Of a DNA stretch of 64,000 bases, positions 63,602 to 64,000 are shown one piece after another. Positions within the stretch are counted from its first letter, which is position 1. Every line of letters starts with the position of its first letter. Under the pieces are notes generated by a model. That model saw only the letters and a list, made by a program, of their open reading frames with translations. It was not told the DNA's origin and did no database searches. The DNA is from Acetobacterium wieringae (lineage in GTDB: Bacteria; Bacillota; Clostridia; Eubacteriales; Eubacteriaceae), in NCBI RefSeq assembly GCF_026646375.1, contig NZ_JAIPPU010000014.1:11873-75872 (forward strand), written 5' to 3'. A program made the translations under genes and the position numbers.

Positions 63602-64000
63602 TCACTTCTCATTTTTTGTTAAATCCCCGATTCTGATAAACGGTGCTGGCTTTATGCCATGCGGCGCAATCATCTTTTCCATCCAGATCATGTCATACCA
63701 GGTTTCCAGCTTGTAGCCACATTTAGAAAAATGACCAATGGTTTGATAGCCCAGGTGTTCATGAAAACCGATGCTGTCGGGATTGGGATAGGCAATACAG
63801 GCATAGAGATTCGTGATGTTCTGCTTTTCTAAAACTGCCTCAAGGGCCTGATAGAGCTTTTTACCCACCCCACTTTGACGGCTGTGCTGTTTAACATAGA
63901 TGGTGGTTTCTACCGCCCAGTCGTAGGCCGCCCGGTTTTTAAACTCAGAGGCATAGGCATAGCCGAGGATTTCATCTTCCCTGACGGCCACCAGATAGGG
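63602..64000 (-). CDS. GNAT family N-acetyltransferase (phosphinothricin-acetyltransferase-like), 5' end beyond window
   Basis: ...ILGYAYASEFKNRAAYDWAVETTIYVKQHSRQSGVGKKLYQALE...GFHEHLGYQTIGHFSKCGYKLETWYDMIWMEK is typical of PAT/YwnH-type GNATs. The reading frame stays open to the window edge. Confidence 0.8.
   Translation of the reverse strand, partial: PYLVAVREDEILGYAYASEFKNRAAYDWAVETTIYVKQHSRQSGVGKKLYQALEAVLEKQNITNLYACIAYPNPDSIGFHEHLGYQTIGHFSKCGYKLETWYDMIWMEKMIAPHGIKPAPFIRIGDLTKNEK

Noticed and set aside
63602-64000. GNAT acetyltransferase as part of the RiPP cluster (N-acetylation or self-resistance)
   Set aside because: It is a PAT/YwnH-type housekeeping-like GNAT. It is separated from the cluster by 160 nt containing a hairpin and promoter-like sequence (TAGACA-17-TACACT). 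Co-transcription cannot be excluded, so this remains uncertain and is not claimed.
1-64000. CRISPR arrays, tRNA/rRNA genes, transposases, integrases, prophage or toxin-antitoxin modules
   Set aside because: I saw no regularly spaced direct repeats, no cloverleaf-like or rRNA-like conserved sequence in intergenic regions, and no ORF with DDE, tyrosine or serine recombinase or phage structural motifs. This was visual inspection only and needs tRNAscan-SE, Infernal and ISfinder to confirm.

Overview
64-kb chromosomal window that looks like a low-GC anaerobic Firmicute (Clostridia-like). Supporting signs are strong GGAGG Shine-Dalgarno sites, HydF, rubrerythrin, ChW cell-wall repeats and lipoprotein signal peptides. 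I call about 55 protein-coding genes, 3-4 gene remnants, several intrinsic terminators and a few regulatory palindromes. By eye I found no rRNA, tRNA, CRISPR array, transposase or integrase.

Gene content from left to right:
- a MarR/FMN-binding/flavodoxin operon and an MFS transporter
- a hybrid sensor kinase coupled to an HD-GYP response regulator
- cysE, an eRF1-like hypothetical and a CheW-CZB fusion
- aspA with a leader terminator, then hydF
- a FecCD-type ABC importer followed by a G3E-GTPase / ABC-ATPase / DUF364 / methyltransferase / NTPase set
- a GGDEF-EAL protein, a rhodanese and a ChW-VanY peptidase
- DMT/AraC, fdhD, a decayed PucR/Fe-ADH locus and a diguanylate cyclase (DGC)
- a DUF1254/1214 lipoprotein plus two tandem beta-lactamase-fold lipoproteins, and a cax remnant
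- MarR/SDR/ADC-like genes and a PAS-GGDEF protein
- a GT2-GtrA envelope operon, a YmgE-like protein, a small alarmone synthetase and rubrerythrin.

The main finding is on the minus strand at 46963-63441: a RiPP-type gene cluster. It has three Nif11-leader precursor genes with a double-glycine site and 17-18 aa Cys-free hydrophobic cores. These are flanked by four genes encoding five paralogous B12-binding radical SAM modules, two of them fused in one 1196-aa protein. Each module has a PqqD/RRE-like C-terminal tail. Downstream lie an orphan LivJ-type lipoprotein, an HlyD-like protein and the C39-ABC plus ABC export pair. No other tailoring enzyme class is present.

All functional calls rest on motif recognition by eye. 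No database search was run.
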